From: Torpedo marmorata
Lineage: Eukaryota
Length of the DNA stretch: 64,000 nt
Direction of reading: 5' to 3'
Assembly (NCBI GenBank): GCA_977017645.1
Contig: OZ360222.1
Location: 234,174,001-234,238,000, forward strand
Position numbers and translations under genes: made by a program. The notes beneath the pieces were generated by a model. The model saw only the letters and a list, made by a program, of their open reading frames with translations, was not told the origin of the DNA and made no database searches. Below are positions 36,744 through 51,004 of the stretch, piece after piece. Numbering within the stretch: the first letter of the stretch is position 1; the number at the start of each line of letters is the position of its first letter.

Positions 36744-37118
36744 CAGTGGTTTTCAAACTTTTTATTTCCACTCACATACCACCTTAAGTAATCCCTATGC
36801 CATAGGTGCTCTGTGATTAGTAAGGGATTACTTAAGGTGGTATGTGAGTGGGAAGGGAAGGTTGAGAACCACTGCTCTAGACCCAATTGTTACTGAAATA
36901 TTTTGCTTGAGAAAAATTGTCATTGGCCCATTTCCTTTGGAGTTATGAAACCGTGCACATAACGAGTCAATTAGGTACGATTAAAACAGTGGTTTTCAAA
37001 CTTTTTCTTTCCACTCACACACCACCTTAAGCAATCCCTTACTAATCACAGAGCACCTATGGCATAGGGATTATTTAAGGTGGAATGTGAGTGGAAAGAA
37101 AAAGTTTGAAAACCACTG
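36744..37118. mobile_element. Composite hAT (Charlie-type) MITE, copy 2
   Basis: Same architecture and near-identical spacer as 27734-28094. 8-bp TSD GTCTAAAG/GTCAAAAG. Confidence 0.85.
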
Positions 37119-37299
37119 GTCAAAAGCACTCCTCTATCTTCTTCATCTATCAGAATGAAATACCTTCTTTTGATAATTTGACATGGGGTCTGCTGTTTAT
37201 ATTTAATAAAATAATCAATTGGCAGAATTTTCAGCCCATAATTCTTCAATTCTGTCCCTATTTCCTGTGAATGAGTAGAAACCCTTACCTTGAGATGAT

Positions 37300-38320
37300 A
37301 GAAAATCGTGATCAAAATCCCATTAACTGGATGAGTTTATTCAGAGTGCTGGGCCCTCTGTACAGAGTAGATGGCAAAGGGAAAAGATGCATTTCGTTAC
37401 AAATTCAAACCAGCAATGACAGAAGACGCAATGCAAAAGGGGTAAAATTGAAATTTAGATTTATTAAAGACAATTAAACATATAATTTCACAACAATTAA
37501 CCCCACTATAAACGTCTATAAACACTATTCTTATCTAAAAGGTGTGTGTGTGTAAAGCCCAGACCATTACAGTCTGTGCCCAACCCTCATGTAAAAATGG
37601 AAAAACTTTCCCCAAAAACCCCAGGTCAGTCATAAAAACAAGTCAGTCAGAAAAATAATAGTCCACAAAAATTCACTCTCTATATTCAGGATCCAAATTC
37701 AGCTCTGTGTGCTGGCAAGAAGGACTTCTTAATGAACGTTGGAGAGAGACAATGACTGTTTATGCTTACGAATACTTGGCTTGCTTTTCTTCTCTGATGA
37801 CTTTCCCTTTTGGTAGAGATTCACGAGGATTGCGACTCCAAATCAGTATACCATTGATTGAGGCGTGTACTTGGATCTCACAGCTGGTCTCGCTGATCTC
37901 ACGCCTGTTCTCCACAAAAGTTGCTTTAACTCAGGATTTTGCTGAGACAGGAGGCCATGTGCTTTTCTCCCAGCCTTTTTCCCTGGGATGCACAAGCCTG
38001 GATTTTGCTGTGTTCTCTAGCCTTTGAAACTCCAAAACTGAATGCTTTTTGCAGAGGTTTGCACCTGCTTTTGCAAAAGTGCAACAAAGTATCTTTTCCA
38101 CAGCCTGTCTCTCTCTGGTCTCTCTCTCTCTCTCTGGGTACACCAAATCCTGGGCAAGTTAACTCCTTCAGTACCTGGCCCCAGTGTGTACTCCAAAAGA
38201 CTCCATCCTTCCTGCTGACCGTCCGCAGTCCAAATGGTCAGTCATGGTCCATAACAATATCATGTTTATTCTGTGAAATTGCAAAAAGAACAAGGACCTG
38301 AAGTGTTTATGTACGTTACT
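37300..38320 (-). repeat. Possible degraded solo LTR or unclassified repeat
   Basis: - strand AATAAA at about 37459-37464 and LTR-like composition. Termini and TSD not resolved. Confidence 0.25.
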
Positions 38321-39557
38321 CAAAATAACAATCAAAAGCACAGAGGCGTGTGATTGAACTGCTCTGTGCATATGGCATTCTTACACAGAGGTATGTTGCA
38401 CCCATGCAGTGAGGTGAAAGAACACTCAATGCACACTTTTGACAAATGTGCTTGTGCCCGTGCATCATGAATGAGCAGCACCGTTTATTCATCAGGAAGC
38501 GGGCTTTCACCATGCATTAGAGGTCTGCTTCTGCACAGTTAATGATCTAACCTGGCCAATCGCTGTGGAAATTTGATGCATAGATCATCTACAAACATAT
38601 CCTGTTTAAGCTCTTGTTCTCTGGTCAGAACTCTTGTCTCCATCCAGCACAATCACCCCCCCCACCCCCAAACATTTTGAATACATGCCTGAAGCGGTTC
38701 CTAATTCCAAAGACCCTGATGTGGCACCATCCACTTCCTCCAGTACCTTCAAACTTACCTCCAGCCTTGACTCATCCTGCCTGTCTTCCTGAAGACCTGA
38801 TCTTCTTTAGCACTCCCCCAGACTTTTCATAATTTCTTCAAACCCTCCGCCGCCCACAACCAACCTGCTTTTCATCTCCATCTCTGCACCAGATAGGCTA
38901 ATATGCATTGCCCCCAACCTCTCAACTTCCTGCCTTGCTGGTAATAATGTGCATGAGTTGTTTCTTTGAAGAGTTGCCATATTGCTGAAGCACTGTGTGA
39001 TGCAAGAACCAACCTTTTGTCTCCCTGTGCTGGTTTTAACCAACCTTTGACACATGGGAGCCATAAGGTTCTGATTGGATAATTTAATTGCATTTGCTGG
39101 TGGGCAGAGGACCACTACTCAATGATATCACTTGGAGACGACAGCGAGAATTTACACTAAAAGGTGTAAAATCTGAGGCGGGAGGCAGAAACGAAAGGTC
39201 CCTACTTCCAACTGTGCTGTTCCCATACTTCATGCTGACACCAGGCTTTTTTCTGTCATTCTTTACATTGGTCACCACATGTTCACAACAAAATAATCCT
39301 GGCATGGGTCTTGTCAGTAACCTTGCCCAAAAGGGATCAGCCCAAAGACTGTGACTAGAATCAGCATTAATAATAAGTGTGAACAAAACTCTAAAAGTGT
39401 CGAACACTGATTTTTACTAAGCGGCCAAAATAGTTTCAAATGTATATTCCACAGAACTTGGTTTTGCCCCTGATCTATTCATGATTTCTTCCAATGTATA
39501 TTTGAATTTAATTATTTTAAATTACATTATTTACAAACTAATTGCAAAAAAATTACT

Positions 39558-39995
39558 TCAGATTTCAGATTTATTGTCAGAGTATATACATGACATCACA
39601 TACAACCCTGAGATTCCTTTTTCCTGTGGGTGAGGCAGAATTACCACTTATTGGTAGTGAAAAAAAAACTGTACACAGCGAATACATGTAAACAAATAAA
39701 GAACTGTGAACAGATAACGAATGTAAACAAACTGACTGGGCAATACAGAAAGAATTTAAAAAATCAATAAAGTGCACAAGTAAGAGTCCTTAAATGAGTC
39801 CCTGATTGAGTTTGTTGTTGAGGAGTCTGATGGTGGAGGGGTAGCAGCTGTTCCTGAACCTGGTGGTGCGAGTCTTGTAGCACCTATACCTCTTTCCTGA
39901 TGGCAGCAGCAAGAAGAGAACGTGTGCTGGGTGGTGTGGATCCTTGATGATTGCTGCTGCTCTCCGGCGGCAGCGTTCCCTGTAGATGTTCTTGA
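39558..39995 (-). mobile_element. LINE 3' end (Rex1/Babar- or L2-like)
   Basis: (TCTGAAA)n tail on the - strand. - strand trace ...HPAHVLFLLLPSGKRYRCYKTRTTRFRNSCYPSTIRLLN is typical of the C-terminus of these LINEs. Confidence 0.75.
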
Positions 39996-41558
39996 TAGAA
40001 CAACTTCCAGTTGTTAATTATTTTTGATTTTCTTCTGAACAAAGGCTTCACCTTTTGATCTATATGCTGCCTGTGGCCTTGGTCAGGCAATGTTGTATAT
40101 GGTCTGGGAAGCCCAGACAGTGTGGGTCTGAATATTTAGAGAAATGCTTCCAGCGAGCTATCTTGGTGAATGTTTCCAACCATTGTTGTGGGCTCTCAAC
40201 TGTTGTTATTTGGGGCTCTGTTGTTACATAATGCTCTGCTTATTTTCTGGCCAATGATATCAAGTATCATTTTCTAATCTCCCAAACCAGGGCAGTGATA
40301 ATTGCCTCTCCCTGCTCTGAAGGGTGCACAATTTGTCTCTGTCTTTCACTTAAATGCCAGTGTGAGTAATCTCCAGATTGGGTTTGAGAATTCCAAGGAT
40401 GTCACAATGGCGCCTGGGTTACTGAGCAGGACAGCTGGGAAGAGTGACCTTACATATCACACTTGTTGCTTCCTCAAGCAAAAGCTCTCACGTTACAGGG
40501 GAATGGACAGCATTAGAAATGTGGTCAACATCCTTTTATACTTTCTGTTGCATCCTCAAACTTGGATAACCATGTTCCTTTTAAATATATCCTGACACAT
40601 TACTAATTCATCACAGAGATTCAATAATGAATGCAACAGCTAATGAGCTATAATTTCAAAGTAAAACATGCTTCAGTCAAGGTATTGAAAAAGTAATGAC
40701 ACTGAGTGACATAATAATGGATTAGGGTGACAGAGGAAAATGACGACAGTCTGTGATCCCTGCCAAGATTCATGATTCAAAAGTAGCTGGTGAACACCTA
40801 TTAGTATTGACTTAGTGTTGACTCTTAAATGCCCGATGAAATTGTCTCACAAGCATTCAGTTCAAGGGCAGTTAGGGATGGGGAATAAATACAGGTTTTG
40901 TCAGTGATGACCAGATCCACAAAAAGTGAATATATTAATAAAATAGGATATATTGAATTAAGCTATGCATATATTTAGCTTGACAGTGTGTGCCTTTTCT
41001 TTTGTAATATCCAGTATATTATAAAATAACCTATCCAACAGTCTTCCCTTTTATCTTGGTCACTCAAGTTTTTAAAAATGGCATATACACTCTAGGCTAG
41101 GATTTGAGCTCTTAAAGGAACAGTAATTTGTTGTTCTCTGTCTAAGATTTGTAATCTCCATTCAAAGAAGTAGGATGGCAATGCCTTTAATGATCTTCAG
41201 TATGGCAGCATTGTAACCATTGGGTTGGTGGCAGCTCCAAGTCTATGGTCTGCCTGTCACTTCAACTCACCAATGACATTCGGAGGAAGGGGCTTGGGAG
41301 AGGAGGGAGCAGGAAGAGTGGAGGAGAGTTCTTATATCAGACATTAGATGGCGCGCTTCACTTGAAATAGGTTGGAAGACAAAGAAACACTGACCTCAAC
41401 CACGTAATTTAAAGCAAAGTCACAAACAAGCAGTAAAACAAAAATGATTTCAGTGTGTACAATGCAGGGGGATTCACGTTTTAGCATGCTACAGGGGAAT
41501 ATATAGTGTGACACGAAATGATTCTGTCATTTACACACTTGAGTGGAAAGGTGGGAGC

Positions 41559-42547
41559 AGAGTGCCGCAGGGGTCTGTACTAGGCCCGCAACTGTTCACC
41601 TACATACATTAATGATTTGGAAGAGGGGACTGAATGTAATGTATCCAAGTTTGTTAATTGGGTGGATAAGCAAATTGTGCCAAGGATGCAGAGAATCTAC
41701 AGAAAGATAGATAAGTTAAGTGAGTGGGCAATGGTCTGGCAGATGGAGAACGATATTCGTAAATGTGAAGTCATGCACTTTGGAAGAAAAAGTAGTAGAT
41801 CAGAGTATAAGTTAAATGGTGAAAGGTTGCAGCGTGCTATTGTGTAGAGGGACTTGGGAGGGCATGAATCACAAAAAGTTAGTTTGCAGGTAAACAAGAA
41901 GGCAAATGGAACGTTGGCCTTCATTGCTAGAGACATTGAATTTAAGAGCAGGGAGGTTCTGCTGCAATTGTACAGGGTACGGGTGAAGCCACACCTGCAG
42001 TACTGTGTGCAGTTCTGGTCTCCTTACTTGCGAAAAGATAGACTGGCTTTGGAGTCAGCACAGAGAAGATTCACCAGGTTGATTCTGGAGATGATGGGTT
42101 TATCTATGAGGAGAGATTGTGTTGCCTGGGATTGTACTCATTGAAATTCAGAAGAATGACAGGGGATCTCATAGAAGTATACAAAAGAGTTCAAGGGATA
42201 GATAAGATAGAGCAGGAAAGTTGTTTCAACTGGTAGGTGAGACTAGAACTAGGGAGAGCCTCAAGATTCGGGGGCTATACATAGGACAGAGATGAGGAGG
42301 AATGGCTTCTCCCAGAGAGTAGGGAATCTGTGGAATTCTCTGCCCAAGGAAGCAGTAGAGGCTGCCTCATTAAATATATTTAAGACACAGTTAGATATTT
42401 TTGCATAGTAGGGGAATTAGGGTTATGGGGAAACAGCAGGTAGGTGGAGCTGAGTCTACAGCCAGATCAGCCATGATCTTATTGAATGGCGGAGCAGGAT
42501 CGATGGGCGAGGTGGCCTCTTCCTGCTCCTGTTTCTATGTTCTTATG
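41559..42547 (+). mobile_element. CR1-type LINE, 5'-truncated
   Basis: VPQGSVLGPQLF, KCEVMHFG, KANGTLAFIAR, PHLQYCVQFWSP, QRRFTRLI, then 3' UTR and TTCTATGTTCTTATG tail. Confidence 0.9.
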
Positions 42548-44559
42548 TGGACTTTTAACTAAGGGAATATAAAGAGTAGGTCGTCAGGTGTTATTAATGT
42601 TGATGAGTATTTTGAACAGAATCATAACAGTGAATAAAATGTAGGTTCAAATCCCCTAATATCTGCAGAGCTCAACTCTGTGGTTCAGGTTTTATGTGGT
42701 ACAGTAAATTATAGGACAAGAGGTCTTTGCCACAGTTACCCATGACATGGACCTTTGCAAGCTGTTCAGGAGAGAAACGCCGGATGAAGCAAAAGGCTTC
42801 CCATCCTAATGCCTGTCTCACTGCAGGACAACAGTTGCATGAGTGCAACTGATCAAACCTATACATAATAGTTCATTGTGCACTGCAGCTGAACACAGCC
42901 AAAGAAGATGGCTAATGTATGGCTCTCCATTTGGTACATATGGTGTCATGCAAACCAGAGACATTTCAATTTGCTTTTGGTCTGCATTGAGCTGGTCTGG
43001 TGTTGACCGAGTCTTATCTTGAGAAACAGCAGTTGCTATAATTGGCCCAAGTACTTCCCAAAGAGGGAAAGAAATCTTTAAGCAAATTTCCTGTGCAATG
43101 GTCTTGATAAGAAAGATGCTTGAGTAAGCACAGGTGAGCAACTGGAAGGTCACTGTGTTAAAATGACAAGTTGTCACTTAAGCACAAAGAACAGCCGCTC
43201 AGATAAAGGGCAGGGGTTGGGGATTGCTAATTACAACGCAAGGTAGGTCAAATATTTACAAAGTCATGCTTCCACAGATAAAATCATCGGAAGCAGTGTA
43301 AATGGCATATCAGTAAAAATTGTGTATGTTATAAAAAAGCGCAGGAATAGTTCTCATGGACTAATCTGCCATTCACTCACTCCTCTGTGTTAAAACCAGC
43401 TTTGCTTTGTTCCCCATCCCAACCCACATTTCTTGATATGGTTTTCAGGCAATGAATGGGTGCCTCTGTCAAACAGTATACAGAGTTCGGTACTGGTATT
43501 AAGAAAATGTAGCTACCATAAACTAAAAGTCATTTGTGCTTAAACAACATGCCATATAAAATGTAGTGAACAGTACGTAAACAATCGTTGTGCTTTCCTC
43601 ATGTTGCACTCCAATCTAGAAATTTTGTTTACATTTTCTTTCTAATACTGCACTCGAAATGAATAAGGGAAAGGTGGGTATTGTCACTAAATTTACCATT
43701 AAAGGCAAACAGGAATAGACAATGTAATTTTTTAAAATGTTGTTTAAAAGCAAAAAGAATTACATTACAATATGAATATGTGCGAGAGATTGGCTGCTGT
43801 AAATTATAATATGAATCCCTGCCTATTTTATATAAAATGTTTTATTTCTAGAACCCGAGGCCATATCATATTCTATGTCAGCCAGGTTTGCTTTTTATTT
43901 ACACATCTATAGCACAAACACTTTTAGGAGTTGTAGTTTATTAATAATTTTTATTTGATTCAAATAGTATGACCCAATAAAAATCTGTTTTTTTTAAACA
44001 GACCCTTCGCAAAGGTTACAGGAACTCACAAATATTAGCTTTAAATCTAATTTACATTAAATAATTAATACTATACTTGATATTAAACAAGTAAAGAGCA
44101 TTTGCTCTTGGTCCATCCCACCCCTACTCTGCCACATCGTCATTTACACCATATGATGAAAAGCCCCTATTAAAGACTGGATTGGTGTTTGAAACAGAAA
44201 CAATCAGCTAACAAGCCTAGTGTGCTCTCAAGAAAATAGTGACAATATGAGGAAATCTGGGATTGATGACGTGAAGACTCAAATTGCTAATTTGATTGAA
44301 TCAGAGGGAAGAGGTGCTCAGTACCTGGAGTAGTTTGTGCAGCTGATCAATTTGCTCTTCCATTTCATCCACCATGAGAAATCTATATTTTCCAAATTAA
44401 CAACTTCTTTACACATCCCTTGATATTTTCACAACCAAAGTAAATATACACAGTAAATATATGGAAGTCAAAACCTGCCAAATGACCACTTGGCTCAGCA
44501 GCCTTCTCTATCCACAAAAGTAAACAGTCCTAACCAAGTTTACCCATTCTATTCTCAAA

Positions 44560-44810
44560 TCACTTTTACACGCATCTCTTCCATCCATACATCAAATCCA
44601 ATCTTGAATGTTAATTAAACCTTAACAACTAACAAAAGCCTACATCCTCATTAAATCTGTGTAGAATGGTTTATCTGATCTGAATCTCTTTCTTTTAACC
44701 CTGTGTCCATGGCCTCTCATTCTAGTCTTCTCCATTATTGTAAACTGTCTGTTCTTTTCCACTGTGTCCCAGCCTTTCATGATTGCAAATACTTCCATCA
44801 AAATGCTTTT
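44560..44810 (-). mobile_element. Degraded CR1 fragment
   Basis: ORF 44640-44825 (EVFAIMKGWD...TRMRGHGHRV) resembles the CR1 ORF2 C-terminus. Confidence 0.5.
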
Positions 44811-47704
44811 GACAAAAATAGACAAATACTTGTCCTTACTTTTAGAATGTTTATTCTGGATATATCATCAAAAGATCTGAGAACTATATCCTGAATTTAA
44901 TTTTAATCTGTTTAATATTGATTCTAAAATCTGATTCTTCTGCTGACAGTCAATTTTACCCCTCCCAACATTATTTTAATTGCCCGTTACATCAACATAA
45001 CCTTCAGATTCCAAGAACTAAATTTACACACCTCACTTCATTGCAAGGTACCTGATGCTTGCCAAAGAAACATTCCTGTCAATCTTATTAATGCTTAGCT
45101 GACATCTCCAACTCTCTTTTTAATCCAAATTAAAATAAATTAACTTCCATGAGTTTCTATTCACAATCTAAAACCTTATGTCCTGGAATTGTTAATTAGT
45201 TTCCTTTTCCTGACCTTGCAAAAGTAATCTTTTAAAGGACTTAAAAATCTTAAATGCTTCAAATTTAACCTCATCAGTGAGGAGAATGTTAACTGACATT
45301 GACTTATTTCTAAAGTGCACGCCAAGACCTGATTACCTTTATACTGTACATAGATTTTTCACTTTTCCACCTATGCCAGTGGAGATTTCTTCATTTCAAC
45401 CTGCCTGTTGTCAGAATGTTCTCAGGCATTTACAATGTAATCATTGGATTATTGGGAGGCATTTAATTAATTTCATGCCTGATTGGGACCACACATATGC
45501 TGAAGCAAACCCCACCAGCAGGTATTTATTCCTTTCAAGGTGTTCACCAAACTGTTGTTCTGATAACAATCCAACATAGACTCTCTTCTCAAAAATCATC
45601 TTTTCATTTCCAGTTATTTTTTAAATCCATATTTGTACTGCCTAATATACCATAACACTATTTCAACTTGCTTTATCTCAGTTACTTGTCATAATGACAC
45701 CTTACCATAACACAAAAGTGCCTAATAATGAGAATCTTTGTCAAAATTCCTCTGAAAGTATAAATTAATTATAGACGTCAGCTCTGTTGATTGGGTTATT
45801 TCATCAAATACTTCCAAATTTTGAACCATTACTGCTTTTAAATTCCTGTTAACTGCTGCATATAACTTCAGTGACTTCTTATGAATTTCAACATCATTCT
45901 CTTAATCATATTCTTCACTGCACATGTCTCCTGTTATCTGACTGTTGTTCAGGATTACAGGACCTCAGCTATCATTCCTCCCTCACCCCAAAACAAGGTC
46001 AGTTGTTCTTACATTAGTGATTATTGAATTTTATCTTTCAACATCCTTTCGTCTAAACATTTATCATTTCATTCTGAACTCATGGTTTAAATTAAATAAT
46101 ATTTATTAATAGGAAGTTCCAACTTTTGTTCCTCATTTAACCTTCTCACAAAAATACTAAATTTGTCCTTTCAGAGTTTTAGTTGCATCTGATAACAAGC
46201 TGGTTTCCACAGCTGTAGAATTATATCCGCAGTAAAATGATTATTGAATGAAGATTTTCCATTAATGTGTACAGATACTGTTAGAGAGTTAGTTCAGTCA
46301 CATCTTGCAAGTCTCTGAGCTTGCATTGACCTTAGACTTTTTTAACCTAACAAAGTGAATTATATAATGTTCAGTTTTCACACCCAGCTTAGTATCCTGC
46401 AACCATGTTGAGTTGTAAGGAATCCTTGGTTGCATATATACACTGCTGTCATTTGCACAAAACAGCAACAGTGCTATAGCTACATAACTACAGCTCCTAA
46501 AGTGGCATATATGCGACATATATTAACCATTGAGTTTTAAAACACCTCTTGATTCATTGAATGTGAGTTCATGCAAATCCTAAATTTGTAAGGATAGAAA
46601 TGAAACTGGCAACATCTTGGGTTCTGACAGTAAGGGAGTGGTTGTTAACTTCTGTTTTTGTCTAAAGTTAAATTATACAAAAATCCCCACATCAATGTTA
46701 ACTGAGTTGTTCAGTCAACCTGTAACTATTTCTACATGAGCTCATTTGAAATGTAACCAACAAATGACTTTGTTAAATCAAAACCTTAAACCATGTTGAG
46801 GGAATGTGGAGGCCACTGAACCATTCCCAGAGCAAATGAGTTTCTTTGAAATCTGTTGCTTGAAAATTTTGCAAGCGATTGTTAAGGTTTTACCAGCAAG
46901 ATAATTTTAAAAATGTGAAATATGGCTGACAAACCTAATTTAGATTTTATTAAAGCTAATACTCCCGAAACAATTGAAATAGATTTAAAGCGACAAAAAG
47001 AATCAATAGTGAAAAGAAAGGAGGGATTGGACAGGGTTTTGTGTCTTTTTTCTTGTCATTTGAGACTCTAATGATGCACTTATGTTGCCCGCTCTTCCCT
47101 TTTTCTTACACCTTACCTACTTAAGGAGGAATTCTTGATTGGTAAGTCGATGCTACCCGCAGACTAGGGATTTATTATAGGTCGCTGGAGAGAATAGATT
47201 TCTTCTGCAGGAAACACAACAAAGCTGTACCTTTCAGAGGGGCTTTTTTAGTTAAAGTGATGGTCTATTTGTTTTGCGACTTTATTTTATACATAAACTC
47301 ATTTTGTGATGTTTGTTCATTGTCCTTTTTAATGCCACGCTTACTGGGGCCTCTTGGTTTTCTCCTTTTAATGCAGTATGTAGTCCTGTACGCACATCTT
47401 AATTTTACTTCCTTTACATCCTATTTATCATTTCTTGTGTTTCCTTTATTTTTGTTTTGAAAAAAATGCTTATTTATTTTTCTCTCTCCCATCATTCTTC
47501 TTTTATTATCACATCGTTCGCATGCTTTTTTTAAAAACAAAAAAAGAAAAAATATGCATGATATCTAATTCTACGAGTTTTCATGTTGGAAAGTTTTTCT
47601 TTTGTGTTTGGGGGTTAGGTGCCTTTGTAGAGAGTGCATCATACAGGTAGAAGACTGTCCCAGCAACACGGTGCCATGTAACAGCACAATGTTTCTGTTT
47701 GCAG

Positions 47705-48063
47705 ATATACAAGTCAGGGTCTTCTGGCCACAAGCTTGTGAAGGAAGAATACAGCAAGCCTGATAATGCACCCAGCCAGAATGGAGCCTATCAAGATTAT
47801 GATTCGGGCAACGATACAGCTTCGCCCCCATCAACCAAAGTTCCCTCATCTAAATCGCAAACTGAGGAAGAGAAAGGGCGGACCCTCAACCATCGTGCAG
47901 AGTTAGACAGCCAGACACTTTCTCCAGACAAACTAAAGCTTGGTGAAGCGGAGCCTAGCTCAGATTCAGGGAACTCTGTTACGAGCTGCTCCTCCCCATG
48001 CAAAGCCGTGGGCTCATCCCCAAGTGCATCTCCGGCTTACCAGCTGGACCAAGGGAACAGGAG
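47705..48063 (+). CDS. SRRM4: SRRM4-like coding exon, 359 nt, phase 0/2
   Basis: Acceptor tttctgtttgcag, donor AG|gtaggt. QDYDSGNDTASPPST and SDSGNS match recalled human SRRM4 QEYDSGNDTSSPPST and SDSGNS. Confidence 0.93.
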
Positions 48064-48399
48064 GTAGGTCCGTCCACTCTTGGAAAAGGTCTGAAAGAAA
48101 CAAAGCTGGTTTAAAGAAGCTTCAAAGTCACACAACACCAGGTAGTGCATGAATTATGCAATCTGAAACCCCACCTCCTCCTCGATCAATGGCAGTAGAC
48201 TGTCTAAACACTTTCCTTGCCCCCCCCCCCACCCCCCACCACCACCACCACGGTACCTAGGAGGAAAAATGTGATGCTGTTCCTACATTGATTCCAACCC
48301 TACCCTGGTTAGCAAACTCAGAAGTCTTATCCTGGTGAGTTTGTAGTTGCTAAATAGTGGTGTATTTTTGAACCAGTGATAACATATACCTATGGTACT

Positions 48400-49600
48400 G
48401 TAAGGAAAGGAGTTCCTGGATTTTGACTTATTTTCCATGAAGAACCAATCACATGTTTGCAATTTCAAGTCAGGATGGTTCATGACTTAGATGAGGTGAT
48501 GTTTCCATGTACCCAAAATAACTATTGTCAGTATTAAAGTTCCAGGTTTTTGGATCTTCTGTCAAAGAAGCGTTGCTGAGTTACTGCCTTATGCTGTGCA
48601 AATGGTCATTGTGTGCCATTGGTGGAAGGAGTGGATGCTGAGGTAGAGAAGGGTTGGGTGCCAATCACACTGAATGAATGTTGCTGGACCTGCGATCATC
48701 CAGGCAAGTGGAGAGCATGTCATTACTTTCCTGACCTGCATCTGCAGATAGTGGAACTAAGTGATTTGAAATTTGCTATAGGGTACCCAGCACCTGGTGC
48801 ACTCTTGTCTGTGGTGATTCCCAAGATGTTGGTGATGTTGTATTTGATATTTCTATATTATTGAATGTGAGGAGAAGGGGCTTAAACTCCGTCCTGCAGC
48901 AGATGGGCAAACATCTGGCACTTGCATAGCAAGAGTGTTACTTGCCACTTATCAGCCTGTTGCCATGGGCTTATTCCTTGCAGGCATGACTTTCTTCTCT
49001 TGCTGAGGATTTGCAAATGGAATGGAACATTGCGCAATTATTAAACATCCCCAAACATCCCATGATGGAAGGAAGGTCATTGATGAAGCAGCAGAAGATG
49101 ATTGAGCCCTGAAGAACTCCTGCAGTCATGTTTTGTGGCCAAGATAATTGGTCTCAAAAAACACACGCATATTATTTCAAGCTGGATATGACACTACAAA
49201 GTCAAGTGTTTTAGCCATGACCAAAAGAACAATTTAACTAAGGCTACTGGCGGACACACTCAACTAATTGCTAACTTAACATCAGGAACATTCATTCTTG
49301 TTTGGTTATAAAGTCAATAACAGTGAGAAGAAGACTCTCCAACATAGTTTACCTTTGACAGGGATGAGAGAATTAATTCATCCTTGACAAGACTGACCTC
49401 TTCTTGTTGGTGACTAGCTTGTTGGTGACTAGACTTGTTGGTGTTTCTGGAGTTATGCTTGATGTAGATTTCTTCATGAGATAAAATAGTTGGTTTGAGT
49501 TCTGGTACATCGAAGAAGTCTTGATGAGTTGGACAGATTTTTTGCCTTCTATGCATTTTCATATTTTTATGTTCCATGATTATTTTTAGTTGTTTATAGA
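48400..49600 (-). mobile_element. Heavily degraded LINE RT fragment
   Basis: The - strand near 49075-49125 reads as an eroded GVPQGS...IF.CFINDL motif. Boundaries are approximate. Confidence 0.4.
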
Positions 49601-49667
49601 ACCCAAGAAATAGCATTGGTGCTTTGTTCACCCAAATTTACATTGGCTTCTTTCTAATTCATTTCAG

Positions 49668-49886
49668 GGAAATCTCCTCACCACATGATTGTCCAACCTC
49701 CTCTGAGAGAAAGACAAGTCCTTCATCTTCACCTACTAGGAGTCATCGCTCAAGAAGTGACTCCCGCAGCACGAGAGGGCGAGACAGGAGGTCCCGCAGT
49801 TACAGCTGTTCTTCCCGCTCCCGCTCTCCTGAATACAAGTCGACTGCAAAATATTCAAGAAGCAGATCGCATTCTTCCGGGAAAAG
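49668..49886 (+). CDS. SRRM4: SRRM4-like coding exon, 219 nt, phase 2/2: (R)EISSPHDC...SRSRSHSSGK(R)
   Basis: Acceptor ctaattcatttcag, donor AG|gtacga. RS-rich, with an end resembling human RYTQSRSTSSEKR. Confidence 0.9.
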
Positions 49887-49932
49887 GTACGATCAAAAAT
49901 CCACTGAGAGAGAGTGAAGGAGACAGATGAGA

Positions 49933-50687
49933 ACACCCGCCCCCCCACCACCCCCCCCCCAACCCCATCACCCCCCCACCCCACCCCACTCCCCCCCACC
50001 CCACCCCACCACCCCCCCACCCCACCCCACCCCCCCCACCCCACCACCCCCCACCCCACCCCACCCCCCCACCCCCACCCACCCCACCCCCCACCCCACC
50101 CCCACCCCATCACCCCCCACCCCACCCCCACCCCATCACCCCCCACCCCACCCCCACCCCATCACCCCCCCACCCCACCCCATCACCCCACCCCCACCCC
50201 ACCACCCCCACCCCACCCCACCACCCCCACCCCACCCCCCCACCCCCCCCACCCACCCCATCACCCCACCCCATCACCCCACCCCCACCCCACTCCACCC
50301 CCACCCCACCCCACCCCCACCCCACCCCACCACCCCACCCCCCCCACCCATCCACCCCACACCCCCCACCCATCCACCCCACACCCACCCACCCCACCCC
50401 ACACCCCCCCACCCACCCCACCCCACACCCCCCCCACCACCCACCCCCCCACCCCCCCACCCCCACACCCCCCCCACCCCCCACCCCCCCACCCCACCAC
50501 CCCCCCACCCCATCACCCCACCCCCACCCCACTCCACCCCCACCCCACCCCACCACCCATCCACCCCACACCCCCCACCCCCACCCATCCACCCCACACC
50601 CACCCACCCCACCCCACACCCCCCCACCCACCCCACCCCACACCCCCCCCACCCACCCCACCCCACACCCCCCCACCCCCCCCCACC
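49933..50687. repeat. Low-complexity C/A tract of about 750 bp (CCCCA/CCCAC-type units)
   Basis: Almost only C and A with sparse T. It generates spurious Pro/His/Thr and Gly/Trp/Val ORFs. Confidence 0.95.
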
Positions 50688-51004
50688 AATGGAATTGTAG
50701 AACTTGGTCTTAAAAAGGAGGAGAGTTCCAAGTTCAATCACCATTCAATTATAGTTGGTCGTACTTTCACCTGTAACTCAGAAAATTGTGGGTTCATGTC
50801 ACATCCCAATGATTGGAACACACAGACTGAGTTGATATTTCAAGGGAGGGAATGCTACCTGTTGTGGATATACAGGAGGAGACATGAAAGTGGACCCTTT
50901 AGCTGCCCTTTCAGATGGATATTGCATTGTACTAAGAACAGGGGAATTCTGCCCAGTGTTTATGCCTCAACCTCAAACCTGAAGGAAAACTGCTTCAAAC
51001 GTGC

